Shown here in pieces: positions 1 through 8,985 of a stretch of DNA of 39,205 bases. A program made the position numbers and the translations under genes. Under the pieces are notes generated by a model. That model had not been told where the DNA came from, made no database searches, and worked only from the letters and a program-made list of their open reading frames with translations. This DNA comes from Sphingomicrobium sp. Its GTDB lineage: Bacteria; Pseudomonadota; Alphaproteobacteria; Sphingomonadales; Sphingomonadaceae. The DNA lies in contig DASTID010000192.1 of the NCBI GenBank assembly GCA_035717905.1, positions 1 to 39,205 on the forward strand, given 5' to 3'. Numbering within the stretch: position 1 is the stretch's first letter; each line of letters opens with the position of its first letter.

Positions 1-2
1 GG

Positions 3-461
3 ATCGGCGCGCCGGTCATCTCGGGCAAGGAAGGGGCGGACCCGGCCGGCCTCGTCTTCGACGGAGTGAAGCAGGCGACCGCGCAGGGCATCGACGTGCT
101 GGTCGTCGACACCGCCGGCCGGATGCAGAACAAGTCGCACCTGATGGAGGAATTGTCGAAGATCCGGCGTGTCCTCGGGCGGCTCAATCCGGAAGCGCCG
201 CACGACGTCATCCTCGTGCTTGACGCGACCACCGGACAAAATGCCCTTTCCCAAGTCGAAGTCTTCCGCGAAACGGCGAATGTGACCGGCCTCATCATGA
301 CCAAGCTCGACGGAACCGCGCGCGGCGGAGTCCTCGTCGCCGCGGCCGAGCGGTTCGGCTTGCCGATCCACGCGATCGGAGTCGGCGAGCGAGCCGACGA
401 CCTCCGCCCGTTCGACCCGCGCGCAGTCGCCCGCGCGATCGCAGGCCTGCCGCCCGAATGA
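3..461 (+). CDS. ftsY: SRP receptor FtsY, 3' part (truncated by window edge)
   Basis: DTAGR, DATTGQN, TKLDGTARGG and GVGE..DDL motifs; frame is open from base 3 (IGAPVISGKEGADPAG...). Confidence 0.96.
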   Translation: MGAPVISGKEGADPAGLVFDGVKQATAQGIDVLVVDTAGRMQNKSHLMEELSKIRRVLGRLNPEAPHDVILVLDATTGQNALSQVEVFRETANVTGLIMTKLDGTARGGVLVAAAERFGLPIHAIGVGERADDLRPFDPRAVARAIAGLPPE

Positions 462-1072
462 AGAGTCAATCCAAGAGCGGCAGCGGCTCGCAGCTGCTGA
501 TCGATGTCGGGCCGCTGCTGGTCTTCTTCGCGGCCAATTTCGCCGCGCCGGTGCCGCCCGCGCTGAAGATTTTCGTCGCCACGGGAGCGTTCATGGCGGC
601 GATGGTCGCGGCGATGCTTTACTCGGCGCTTCGTTTCCACCGGATATCGCCGATGCTGTGGTTCTCGGGCGTACTCGGCGTGGTCATGGGCGGGGTCACT
701 CTGTGGCTTCATGACGAAACCTTCATCAAGATGAAGCCGACCATCTATTATGTCTTCGTCTCGGTGCTGCTCGGCTTCGGGCTGGTCGCCGACAAGCCGC
801 TCCTGAAGCGCGCCTTGGGCAGCGCCTACCCGGGCCTCGACGAGGAAGGCTGGCGAAAGCTCACGCGCAATTGGGTGATCTTCTTCCTCTGCCTCGCGGC
901 GCTCAACGAGGCCGTCTGGCGTAATACCTCCACCGATTTCTGGGTCGGATTCAAGCTGTGGGGAGCGATCCCCCTCACCTTCCTGTTCGCCGCCGCAAAT
1001 ATCCCGATGCTCCTGCGGCACGGCCTCACCCGCGAGGATGCCGCTCCGGCCGAGCCTGGACCGGTCGAATGA
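458..1072 (+). CDS. ispZ: Inner membrane protein YciB / intracellular septation protein A
   Basis: [23 protein letters not shown] and WV.FKLWG motifs; ATGA overlap with ftsY. Confidence 0.92.
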   Translation: MKSQSKSGSGSQLLIDVGPLLVFFAANFAAPVPPALKIFVATGAFMAAMVAAMLYSALRFHRISPMLWFSGVLGVVMGGVTLWLHDETFIKMKPTIYYVFVSVLLGFGLVADKPLLKRALGSAYPGLDEEGWRKLTRNWVIFFLCLAALNEAVWRNTSTDFWVGFKLWGAIPLTFLFAAANIPMLLRHGLTREDAAPAEPGPVE

Positions 1073-2010
1073 TCGACGATCCGATCCTTTCGATCTGGGG
1101 CCTGAGGAAAGCCTATGCGAGCGGCACCGAGGCGCTGAAGTCGATCGATCTCGAAATCCGCCGCGGCGAGATTTTCGCGCTCCTCGGGCCGAACGGGGCC
1201 GGCAAGACCACGTTGATCAACATCGTCTGCGGGATCGTCACGCCCACCGAGGGCACCGTGCTCGTCGATGGGCGCGACTGGCAGGACGAGTACCGCTACG
1301 TCCGCGGCAGGATCGGGCTCGTTCCGCAGGAGCTGACGACCGAAGCGTTCGAGACCGTGTGGAGCACCGTCACATTCTCCCGAGGGCTTTACGGACGGCC
1401 GCCGAACCGGGCCAGGGTCGAGGAGTTGCTGAAGCGCCTGTCGCTGTGGGACAAGCGCAAGACGATCATGATGCAGCTTTCGGGCGGGATGAAGCGCCGG
1501 GTGATGATCGCCAAGGCATTGAGCCATGAGCCGTCGCTGCTGTTCCTCGACGAGCCGACGGCGGGCGTCGACGTCGAGCTTCGCCGCGACATGTGGGACC
1601 TGGTGCGGCAGCTTCGCGACGACGGAACGACGATCATCCTCACCACGCATTATATCGAGGAAGCCGAGGAGCTTGCCGACCGCGTCGGAGTGATCAGCCG
1701 CGGCGAGCTGATTGCCGTCGACGACAAGGCCATGTTGATGGCGCAGATGGGCAAGAAGCGTCTCGAGATCCTGCTGACCGACCCGCTCGAGGCGGTTCCG
1801 CCGGACCTGTCCGACTGGAACCTGAGCCTCGAGGAGGACGGCCATCGCCTCTGCTACATCTTCGACAGCCATGCCGAGCGGACCGGAATCGCCTCGCTGA
1901 TGCGAAAGCTCTCGGAGCTGGGGATCGGCTACAAGGACCTCTCGACGCATCAGTCGAGCCTCGAGGACATCTTCGTCGAGCTGGTGCATGGTGGGCGAGC
2001 CGCGACGTGA
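1069..2010 (+). CDS. ABC-2 type exporter ATP-binding protein (YadG-like)
   Basis: Walker [29 protein letters not shown]; start taken at ATG 1069, which overlaps the ispZ stop (ATGA). Confidence 0.93.
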   Translation: MIDDPILSIWGLRKAYASGTEALKSIDLEIRRGEIFALLGPNGAGKTTLINIVCGIVTPTEGTVLVDGRDWQDEYRYVRGRIGLVPQELTTEAFETVWSTVTFSRGLYGRPPNRARVEELLKRLSLWDKRKTIMMQLSGGMKRRVMIAKALSHEPSLLFLDEPTAGVDVELRRDMWDLVRQLRDDGTTIILTTHYIEEAEELADRVGVISRGELIAVDDKAMLMAQMGKKRLEILLTDPLEAVPPDLSDWNLSLEEDGHRLCYIFDSHAERTGIASLMRKLSELGIGYKDLSTHQSSLEDIFVELVHGGRAAT

Positions 2011-2025
2011 TGCCTACACTTGCCG

Positions 2026-2131
2026 CTCATCCTGAGGAGCCATTGAGCCTGTCGAAATGGCGTCTCGCAGGGTCCTTCGAGACGGGTCTTCGACACGCTC
2101 TTCGGGCTACTCAGCGGCTCCTCAGGATGAG
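2026..2131. repeat. REP-like palindromic element, family A copy 1
   Basis: Perfect 16-bp inverted ends CTCATCCTGAGGAGCC (2026-2041) / GGCTCCTCAGGATGAG (2116-2131); related to 38861-38968. Confidence 0.85.
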
Positions 2132-2155
2132 TGGGTTTGGCCGGAGGCAGCGATC

Positions 2156-2917
2156 ATGAACGGCTACGGCGTTTACGCGATCTACCGCTTCGAGATGGCG
2201 CGTTGGGGGCGGACGCTGTGGCAGAGCCTGGTCGCTCCGGTGATCACCACCGCGCTGTATTTCATCGTCTTCGGGTCGGCGATCGGCAGCCGCATGTCGG
2301 ACATGCAGGGAGTCGATTTCGGGAGCTTCATCGTTCCCGGCCTGACTCTGCTGTCGGTGTTCATGCAGTCGATCTTCAACGCCAGCTTCGGCATTTATTT
2401 TCCGAAGTTTACCGGAACGATCTACGAATTACTCTCAGCGCCGATCTCGAGCTTCGAGGCGGTGCTCGCTTATGTCGGCGCGGCGGTCACCAAGTCGGTG
2501 ATCCTGGCGCTGGTGACGCTTGCCACGGCGCTGCTGTTCGTCCCCGTGCGGGTCGATCATCCCGCCGCGATGTTGCTGTTCCTGCTCGGCATCACCACCG
2601 GCTTTTGCCTGTTCGGGTTCGCGATCGGCGTGTGGGCCAAGAATTTCGAGCAATTGCAGATTTTCCCGATGCTGGTGATCACGCCGCTGACCTTCCTCGG
2701 CGGCGCCTTTTATTCGGTCAACGCGCTCGGCGAGCCGTTCCGGACGATCACTTTGTTCAACCCGATCGTCCACCTCGTCAGCGGCTTCCGTTGGAGCTTC
2801 TTCTCGACCGCCGACGTGCCGGTCTGGTCGAGCGTGCTGGTCACGCTCGCCATGATCGGGATTTGCATGGCGGTCATCGTCTGGATGTTCCGGACGGGCT
2901 ACCGGCTGAAGCAGTAG
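2156..2917 (+). CDS. ABC-2 type exporter permease (YadH-like)
   Basis: About 6 TM segments; LYFIVFG, FIVPG, PLTFLGGAFYS, NPIVHLVSGFR; GGAGG RBS at 2143-2147. Confidence 0.92.
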   Translation: MNGYGVYAIYRFEMARWGRTLWQSLVAPVITTALYFIVFGSAIGSRMSDMQGVDFGSFIVPGLTLLSVFMQSIFNASFGIYFPKFTGTIYELLSAPISSFEAVLAYVGAAVTKSVILALVTLATALLFVPVRVDHPAAMLLFLLGITTGFCLFGFAIGVWAKNFEQLQIFPMLVITPLTFLGGAFYSVNALGEPFRTITLFNPIVHLVSGFRWSFFSTADVPVWSSVLVTLAMIGICMAVIVWMFRTGYRLKQ

Positions 2918-4742
2918 AGCCCTGCCCCTGCGCGAGCGGATCGAGCGACCGCGCGACCTCGCGAATCTGCGCATCGGTCAGCTTGTCGAGCTGCACCGCG
3001 GCCGGCAGCGATGGGTCATAACCCGCGACCTGCCCGCTGTGCGCTTCGATCCACGCGTTGAAATGCCCGATGATCCGGGTTCCGGCCCGGTCGTGCGCGC
3101 TCGAGCCGCCGATCCCGCGGTTGATGTTGTGCAGCGCCATGCGCGGGTAATCCGCCAGCGCGAGCTCCGAGAGTTTCGCGTGATATTCGAGCATCGTTTC
3201 ATCGAGCGTGGACGGATCGCTCGCCATCGCCTTGTCGATCGCGTGGCGGCCCTCATGGATGAAGATCGAGTGCTGGTTGCTCGCCCGCCAATATTCATCG
3301 AGGAACGCACGGCGGAAGTCGTCATCCGCGCCGGCATGGCGCTTCGCCGCGGCGGCCACCTGTTCGACCACCTGCAGCCGCAATCGCCCGTTCACGCTGC
3401 GCAGGGTCGTCGGTACGCCGGTTCGCGCCTTCGCCACGTCCTCGCTCGACCATTGCGCGATGTTGGCAAGCAATTCCCGCCGCTCGGCCGTGTCGCCGAG
3501 CAGCGCGTAGGCCGAGGTGGGGCCCGACGTGTAAGCCGAGCGGACCTGGACGATGAGATCTTCGCCCGACCAGCCCCCCGTCTGCGCGCTGCCGTCCCAC
3601 AGCCAGCCTTCGAAGCCGTTCGCCCACATATTGTCGATCACGGCGAAGCGGATCCTGGCCGAATGGCCGTATTGCCGCACCGTCTCCGTGCGGTCGTCGA
3701 CGACATGGCCGACGTGAAGGCTGGGATAGCCGCCGGTCAGCCCGACCGATCCGATGACGCCATAATGTTCGAGGACGGCCGCGCGAGGGTCGCCCTTGGC
3801 GCCGGCGGCGCCCATTAGCACGCCCAGCGTTTTGAACGCCGCCTGCTTTAGCGGTTCATCGTCCTTCGAGCCGCCGTGGGCGAGCGCCCGATTCGTCTCG
3901 AGCTCCGCCGCGGTCAGCGCGTGGCGCTGCGCCAGATAGGCCTGGACGAGCTTCCAGTGATCGTTTCGGGCATTGCCGGGCAGTCCGAAGGCCGATGCGT
4001 AGCGCTTCAGCGCGTCGGCAAATCCCGCGCGCATCAGCAAATGCGCGACTTCCACGCGGTCGCCATCGGATGCGCCGGCACTCAAGCCCTTCTCGAACAA
4101 TGCGGTCGGATGAAATTGCGCCAGCGCCGGCGGCGCGTCGGCATCCGTCAGCCAGTAATAGTCCTTCCATGCGGCGAGCGCGGCGGCCGCGTCGCCCGCC
4201 AGGACCGCGACCGCGAGCCGCGCCTTTGCACCATCGTTCCCGGCATCCTGCGTCAGCTGCGCCGCCTCGGCGCTCGCCTGGCGCAGCAGCGACGGGCGCT
4301 CGGCGGGAACGTCGATCGCGCGGTCCAACCGCGCGGCGATCGCGTGGACGCGAATGGGATCGCGCTTGCGCGGCTCCGGGCATGCTGCAAGCAGAGCCGG
4401 CTCGGCGGCGATCGCTTCGGCGCCGCGCTTGGCTTCACGCAGCACCCTCGCGGTCATTTCCGAAACGTCGCACGCCTTGCCGCCCGTCGTTCGCGCCGCA
4501 GCCAGCCGCTGCAGCGCCACGTCGGCCTTGCCGTCGATCAGCCAGGCGATGCGCGCCAGCTCGACTCCCGCTTCGGCGCGGTCGTCGGCACTCGCCGCCG
4601 CGTCCGCCGCGATCGCCGCATAAAGCCGCTCGGCCTTGGCGACCTCGTTGCGATCATAGGCATCGTGCGCGTCGGTCAGGCCCGCCGCCATCGCCGCGGG
4701 GGCACCCGCCAGCAGGAACATGGCCATCGCCAGCTTGATCAT
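2874..4742 (-). CDS. Secreted hypothetical protein; helical/TPR-like N-terminal half, C-terminal HExxH-x18-E zincin motif
   Basis: Signal peptide MIKLAMAMFLLAGAPAAMA; GGAGAG RBS; HEGRH at 3243-3257. Confidence 0.75.
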   Translation of the reverse strand: MIKLAMAMFLLAGAPAAMAAGLTDAHDAYDRNEVAKAERLYAAIAADAAASADDRAEAGVELARIAWLIDGKADVALQRLAAARTTGGKACDVSEMTARVLREAKRGAEAIAAEPALLAACPEPRKRDPIRVHAIAARLDRAIDVPAERPSLLRQASAEAAQLTQDAGNDGAKARLAVAVLAGDAAAALAAWKDYYWLTDADAPPALAQFHPTALFEKGLSAGASDGDRVEVAHLLMRAGFADALKRYASAFGLPGNARNDHWKLVQAYLAQRHALTAAELETNRALAHGGSKDDEPLKQAAFKTLGVLMGAAGAKGDPRAAVLEHYGVIGSVGLTGGYPSLHVGHVVDDRTETVRQYGHSARIRFAVIDNMWANGFEGWLWDGSAQTGGWSGEDLIVQVRSAYTSGPTSAYALLGDTAERRELLANIAQWSSEDVAKARTGVPTTLRSVNGRLRLQVVEQVAAAAKRHAGADDDFRRAFLDEYWRASNQHSIFIHEGRHAIDKAMASDPSTLDETMLEYHAKLSELALADYPRMALHNINRGIGGSSAHDRAGTRIIGHFNAWIEAHSGQVAGYDPSLPAAVQLDKLTDAQIREVARSLDPLAQGQGSTASAGSPSGTSRR

Positions 4743-4799
4743 CGCGCTCTCCGTGCATTACACATGTAATACACAATCTCCGGTCACGGTGGCGCTGTC

Positions 4800-5618
4800 T
4801 TGGATGTTTCGAAGGTGAAGCCGCTCCACAGCTTCCACGGCCTCGAAATGGAGGTCCGGAGCTTCGACGGCGCGCGCGCCGTCCGCGTCGTCCACCCGGC
4901 GGGCCAGCGCATTCCGGCGCACCGCCACGACTGGCCCCTGCTCACCCTGCCGGCGCTCGGTGGCTATCTCGAAGAGTGCGAGGAAGGGTCCGTCGCCGTC
5001 GCCGGCCCCGCTGTGATCCTCCACCCGCCCGGCCGTTGCCACGCCAATTGCATCCACGCCAGCGGCATGGAAACCTTCTCGATCGAATTCGACCCCGCGT
5101 GGCTCGGAGCGGGTGCGCTCCCCCGCTTGTTCGACCGCTCCTTCTATTGGATCGGCGGCGAGATTCCGCTCGCGTCGCGAGCGCTTGCGCGGCTGTGGGC
5201 CGATCCGGCGGCGGGCGAAGATGCGGTGCGCTCAGCCACGGCGAACTTTCTCTTCGGGGCGATGCACTCGGCTGAGCGGCCCGCGCCCGAGTGGCTGCCG
5301 CGCGCACGGGCGCAGCTCGCCGCGGGGCATGGCGTGACCGCGCTCGATCTCGCGCGAGCGCTCGATCTTCACCCGCGCTGGCTCGCCCAGGCCTATCGTT
5401 CGGCGATCGGCGAAGGGCTGCACGAAACCGTCCTGCGCGGCCGCGTCGAGCAAGCCGTGCGGATGCTCCGCTCGACCGACCAGCCGATCGCCGAGATCGC
5501 GGTCGCCGCCGGCTTTTGCGACCAGAGCCACCTCAACCGGGCGATGCGGCGGTTCACGGGCCGCACGCCGCTTCAGGTCCGCGGCGAGCGCGAAGCGCTG
5601 GCGGCACTGCTGAGCTAG
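4800..5618 (+). CDS. AraC-family transcriptional regulator (start uncertain: 4800, 4815 or 4848)
   Basis: Cupin-like HRHDW N-domain; C-terminal IAEIAVAAGFCDQSHLNRAMRRFTGRTP HTH. Confidence 0.9.
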   Translation: MDVSKVKPLHSFHGLEMEVRSFDGARAVRVVHPAGQRIPAHRHDWPLLTLPALGGYLEECEEGSVAVAGPAVILHPPGRCHANCIHASGMETFSIEFDPAWLGAGALPRLFDRSFYWIGGEIPLASRALARLWADPAAGEDAVRSATANFLFGAMHSAERPAPEWLPRARAQLAAGHGVTALDLARALDLHPRWLAQAYRSAIGEGLHETVLRGRVEQAVRMLRSTDQPIAEIAVAAGFCDQSHLNRAMRRFTGRTPLQVRGEREALAALLS

Positions 5619-5625
5619 TCGCGCT

Positions 5626-6279
5626 TCAGGCGTGCTCGGCGAGCCGCGAGCCGGCGGGCTGCTGATCCGCGCGCTGCTCACCGCGCCCGTCGAGGTTTTC
5701 CGCGACAAAGTCCCAGTTGACGATGTTGTTCAGGACCGCGCTCGCGAACTTGGGCCGCTCGTTGCGATAGTCGATGTAATAAGCATGCTCCCACACATCG
5801 AGAGTGAACAGCGGCACCATGCCTTCGTGTACCAGCGGCGTGTCGGCGTCGTGCAGCGACGTGATCCTGAGGTTTCCGCGGTCGAGCACCAGCCACGCCC
5901 AGCCGCTCGCGAAATGGTTGACCGCCTCCTCGTGCAGCTGCTGCAGCATGGTCTCGGAATTGCCGAACGCATCGTCGATCAGATGCGCGAGCTTGCCGCT
6001 CGGGCGCTGGCCCTGCGGCGCCAGGCATTGCCAGAAGAAGCTGTGATTCCACAGCTGCGCGCTGTTGTTGAACAGCTTGGCGTTGCCCGAGCGACGGGCT
6101 TCGCGCACGACCTGGGTCAGCGCCGCGCCGCTCAGCGCCTGGTCGTCGGCGATCAGCTCGTTCGTCTTGTTGACATAAGCGCGGTGGTGCTTGCCGTAGT
6201 GGAAGTCGAGCGTCTCCGCCGACATATGCGGCGCCAGCGCATCTTTCGCATACGGCAATTCGGGTAGCTCGAACGGCAT
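5626..6279 (-). CDS. sodB: Superoxide dismutase, Fe type
   Basis: LPELPY, HYGKHH, AQLWNH, DVWEHAYY; AGGAG RBS 6 nt before ATG 6279. Confidence 0.95.
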   Translation of the reverse strand: MPFELPELPYAKDALAPHMSAETLDFHYGKHHRAYVNKTNELIADDQALSGAALTQVVREARRSGNAKLFNNSAQLWNHSFFWQCLAPQGQRPSGKLAHLIDDAFGNSETMLQQLHEEAVNHFASGWAWLVLDRGNLRITSLHDADTPLVHEGMVPLFTLDVWEHAYYIDYRNERPKFASAVLNNIVNWDFVAENLDGRGEQRADQQPAGSRLAEHA

Positions 6280-6317
6280 GATCATCTCCTCGCTCTTGAA
6301 TCGTTGCCCAATGCCCT

Positions 6318-6342
6318 AACGATGCGGACGCCAGACGGCTCC
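6318..6342 (-). promoter_or_regulatory. Putative sigma-EcfG (ECF15, general stress) promoter of sodB
   Basis: GGAGC-N16-CGTT versus consensus GGAAC-N16/17-CGTT, about 40 bp upstream of the start. Confidence 0.5.
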
Positions 6343-6425
6343 GCGATTCGGCGCAGCGCTTGCGAATTGCCGTTACGCAGCCGTAAGGTGTTCCATGCCG
6401 CGACCGGCGGCGAATGGGGGTGCAG

Positions 6426-6995
6426 ATGGCCAAGCTGTTCGCAAATTTAACTCTGGTTGTCATCGTCGGAATCGCGCTCGCGATCCTCGTCGCGCTGTTC
6501 CCGGATTCGGGCTACGCGCCGTCGTTCGGCGTGCTCAACGGCGTCCTCCAGTGGCTCCACGTGTTCTTCGGAATCATGTGGATCGGCCTGCTCTATTATT
6601 TCAATTTCGTGCAGACGCCGGTCATGCCGACCGTCCCGGCGGAGCTGAAGCCCGGCGTGTCAAAATATATCGCCCCCAAGGCCTTGTTCTATTTCCGCTG
6701 GGGCGCGGCGTTCACCGTCCTCACCGGCCTGCTGCTGGCCTGGTCCTACGGCGAGCTGGTCGAGGCCCTGACGCTGCAGCCGTCGGCGCGGCTGATCGGG
6801 ATCGGCATGTGGCTGGCGCTGATCATGGCGTTCAACGTGTGGGCCGTCATCTGGCCGAACCAGAAGAAAGTGCTCGGCCTGGTCGAAGCGGACGATGCCA
6901 CCAAGGCGAAGGCGGCCGCCACTGCCGGCATCGCATCGCGGCTCAACGTGCTGCTGTCGATCCCGATGCTGCTGGCAATGACCAACATGCATTAG
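6426..6995 (+). CDS. Membrane protein, urate oxidase PuuD N-terminal-like domain, no cytochrome c domain
   Basis: WLHVFFGIMWIGLLYYFNF, YFRWGA, FNVWAVIWPNQKK, SR.N..LSIP. Confidence 0.75.
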   Translation: MAKLFANLTLVVIVGIALAILVALFPDSGYAPSFGVLNGVLQWLHVFFGIMWIGLLYYFNFVQTPVMPTVPAELKPGVSKYIAPKALFYFRWGAAFTVLTGLLLAWSYGELVEALTLQPSARLIGIGMWLALIMAFNVWAVIWPNQKKVLGLVEADDATKAKAAATAGIASRLNVLLSIPMLLAMTNMH

Positions 6996-7021
6996 GCCGC
7001 GGTCGAGCGGCACCAGCGCCC

Positions 7022-7057
7022 AAAAAAAGCCACGCGGGGAAAGCGCCCCGCGTGGCT
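7022..7057 (-). terminator. Intrinsic terminator of the TPR gene, between convergent genes
   Basis: Stem GCCACGCGGGG / CCCCGCGTGGC (7029-7056) with A7 at 7022-7028, which is the U-tract on the minus strand. Confidence 0.85.
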
Positions 7058-7078
7058 CCAGGATTCAGACCGACCGGC

Positions 7079-7651
7079 TCAGGCGTTGGTCTTGCGCACC
7101 ACCTTGAACCGGGACAGCTGCTCTTTCGGCGCATCCCACTTCGGATCGAGCGCCGACGCGCGCTGATAATCCTGGTAGGCGGCGCGGATGTCGCCGGCGT
7201 CCTCATTGGCGAGCGCGCGGCCGAAATAGGCCAGCGGCGCGTAGCTGGTGTTCAGCTCGATCGCCCGGCTGAACATCTGCCGCGCGCTTTGGAAATCGCC
7301 CTGCTGATAGCGGGAAATCCCCTTGTTGAGCCAAGCTTCCGGCTGGCCGACGTCGAGGCCCATCGCCTGGTTGAAATCGGCTTCGGCGCCGCGGTAATCG
7401 GCGCGCACGAGCTTCAGCACGCCGCGATTGACGTAGCTCGCCACGAGGTCGCTGAACGGGATCGCATCCTGCGTGACCGCCGCGTTGCATTCCGACATCG
7501 ACTGGCCCGAGGCGTCGCGCGCAACGGCCGCGTGATAGCAGGTCGTGGCGGCGTTTCCGCCGACTCGCGTGACGGCAGCGCCGATCGGTGACGGCGCGGG
7601 CGACATGGCCATCAGCGCGACCGCCGCGGTTGTGAGGAGAATCGTTTTCAT
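7079..7651 (-). CDS. Exported tetratricopeptide repeat protein
   Basis: Signal peptide; TPR units (YVNRG, AWLNKG, AYFGRA); AGGAGG RBS. Confidence 0.88.
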   Translation of the reverse strand: MKTILLTTAAVALMAMSPAPSPIGAAVTRVGGNAATTCYHAAVARDASGQSMSECNAAVTQDAIPFSDLVASYVNRGVLKLVRADYRGAEADFNQAMGLDVGQPEAWLNKGISRYQQGDFQSARQMFSRAIELNTSYAPLAYFGRALANEDAGDIRAAYQDYQRASALDPKWDAPKEQLSRFKVVRKTNA

Positions 7652-7753
7652 TCTGTCCTCCTATGACTGGACCGCGCCAATATACTCCATTCGCCCCGGT
7701 CCTTCATCGACTAATCGACGGTCCGACGAACGAATGCTGGCGGATTCTACGGC

Positions 7754-8818
7754 TTAGGCAGCCGCATCGACCAGTTTATGCCGTTTGAGCGCATGGCGCA
7801 GCTGATCGTAGCTGAGGCCGAGCGCCGCGGCGGTCGCTCGCTGATTGAAGCGGTTGCGCGCGAGCGCGTCCTCGAGCAGCGCGCGTTCGTATGCGGAGAC
7901 CGCGCCGCGGAAATCGCCCGGTGGAACTTCCGAGAGAGGTGGTGGGGCAGCCGGCGGCGAAGGCTGCGCGCCGGCCGCTCCGGGGTCGCTCTTCGCCGGC
8001 GCCTGGGTCGCGTGCTCCGCGTGCGTGATCGAAGCGGACGGCGCCCAGGGCGAGCGGAACGGGTCGAACACGATCTCGTCGACCGCCCGCTCGGGATCTT
8101 CGTGCCGGTACACCGCCCGCTCGGCCGCGTTTCTCAGCTCGCGCACGTTGCCCGGCCAATGATAGGCTTCGAGCTCGCCCATCGCGCGCGCCGAGAAGCC
8201 CGGCCAGTTGGGCCAGTCGAGCTCGACCGACATGCGGCGGCCGAAATGCTCGGCGAGCAGCGGAATGTCGCCCTCGCGCGAGCGAAGCGGCGGCAAGGTG
8301 ATCACCTCGAACGACAGGCGGTCGAGCAAGTCGGCTCGGAATTTGCCTTGTTCGACCTGCGCCGGAAGGCTTTCGTTGGTCGCTGCGACGATGCGCACGT
8401 CGACCGAAATCGGCTTCGACGCCCCGATCCGGGTAATTTCGCCATATTCGGTGGCGCGCAGCAAACGGTCCTGTGCCGGCATCGACAGGGTGCCGAGCTC
8501 GTCCAGGAACAAAGTGCCGCCGTCGGCTTCCTCGAACCGGCCGTGGCGGGTCTTGGCGGCGCCGGTGAAGCTGCCGGCCTCGTGCCCGAACAGCTCGGCC
8601 TCGATCAGGTTTTCAGGCAAGGCGGCGCAATTCATGACGATCAACGGCCCCGCCCACCGGCCAGACAGATGGTGGAGCCGCTCGGCGATGAGTTCCTTGC
8701 CGGTGCCCCGCTCGCCGATTACCAGCACGGGCCGGTTGAGCGCCGCGGCGCGGCTCGCCCGCTCGACCGCGTCGAGGAACGCGAGGCTCTGCCCGATGAA
8801 TTGTTCGGCCCGTTCCAT
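7754..8818 (-). CDS. pspF: Phage shock operon sigma54 activator PspF
   Basis: GERGTGKE, GSFTGA, LFLDE, WPGNVREL, Fis-type HTH; no N-terminal sensor domain; divergent from pspA. Confidence 0.93.
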   Translation of the reverse strand: MERAEQFIGQSLAFLDAVERASRAAALNRPVLVIGERGTGKELIAERLHHLSGRWAGPLIVMNCAALPENLIEAELFGHEAGSFTGAAKTRHGRFEEADGGTLFLDELGTLSMPAQDRLLRATEYGEITRIGASKPISVDVRIVAATNESLPAQVEQGKFRADLLDRLSFEVITLPPLRSREGDIPLLAEHFGRRMSVELDWPNWPGFSARAMGELEAYHWPGNVRELRNAAERAVYRHEDPERAVDEIVFDPFRSPWAPSASITHAEHATQAPAKSDPGAAGAQPSPPAAPPPLSEVPPGDFRGAVSAYERALLEDALARNRFNQRATAAALGLSYDQLRHALKRHKLVDAAA

Positions 8819-8828
8819 GTGCCGACTG

Positions 8829-8848
8829 TTGGTGGCAAATCCCACCAA
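8829..8848. promoter_or_regulatory. Putative PspF upstream activator site
   Basis: Palindrome TTGGTGG-N6-CCACCAA about 75-95 bp upstream of the sigma54 site and next to the pspF start. Confidence 0.65.
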
Positions 8849-8921
8849 TTGGCAAGGATTTTCACTCCGCGCCTTGGCCGAAATTGGTCTTTTTTACGGA
8901 TACTTGCGATTTCCGGAAATG

Positions 8922-8937
8922 TGGCACGGCTCTTGAA
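8922..8937 (+). promoter_or_regulatory. Sigma54 -24/-12 promoter of pspA
   Basis: TGGCAC-GGCTC-TTGAA (GG-N10-GA; C to A variant at -12). Confidence 0.82.
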
Positions 8938-8985
8938 TGGTGAAGAGCAGGTTTAGGGCCCTGATTTCGCTTACGGAGTGCATGG

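Noticed and set aside
826-1989. Long antisense ORFs (also 7778-8956, 21523-23322, 37039-38436 and many others)
   Set aside because: Shadow frames of well-supported genes, expected in high-GC DNA; no motifs or RBS
2057-2155. N-terminal extension of the permease
   Set aside because: The start lies inside the palindromic repeat; ATG 2156 has a proper RBS
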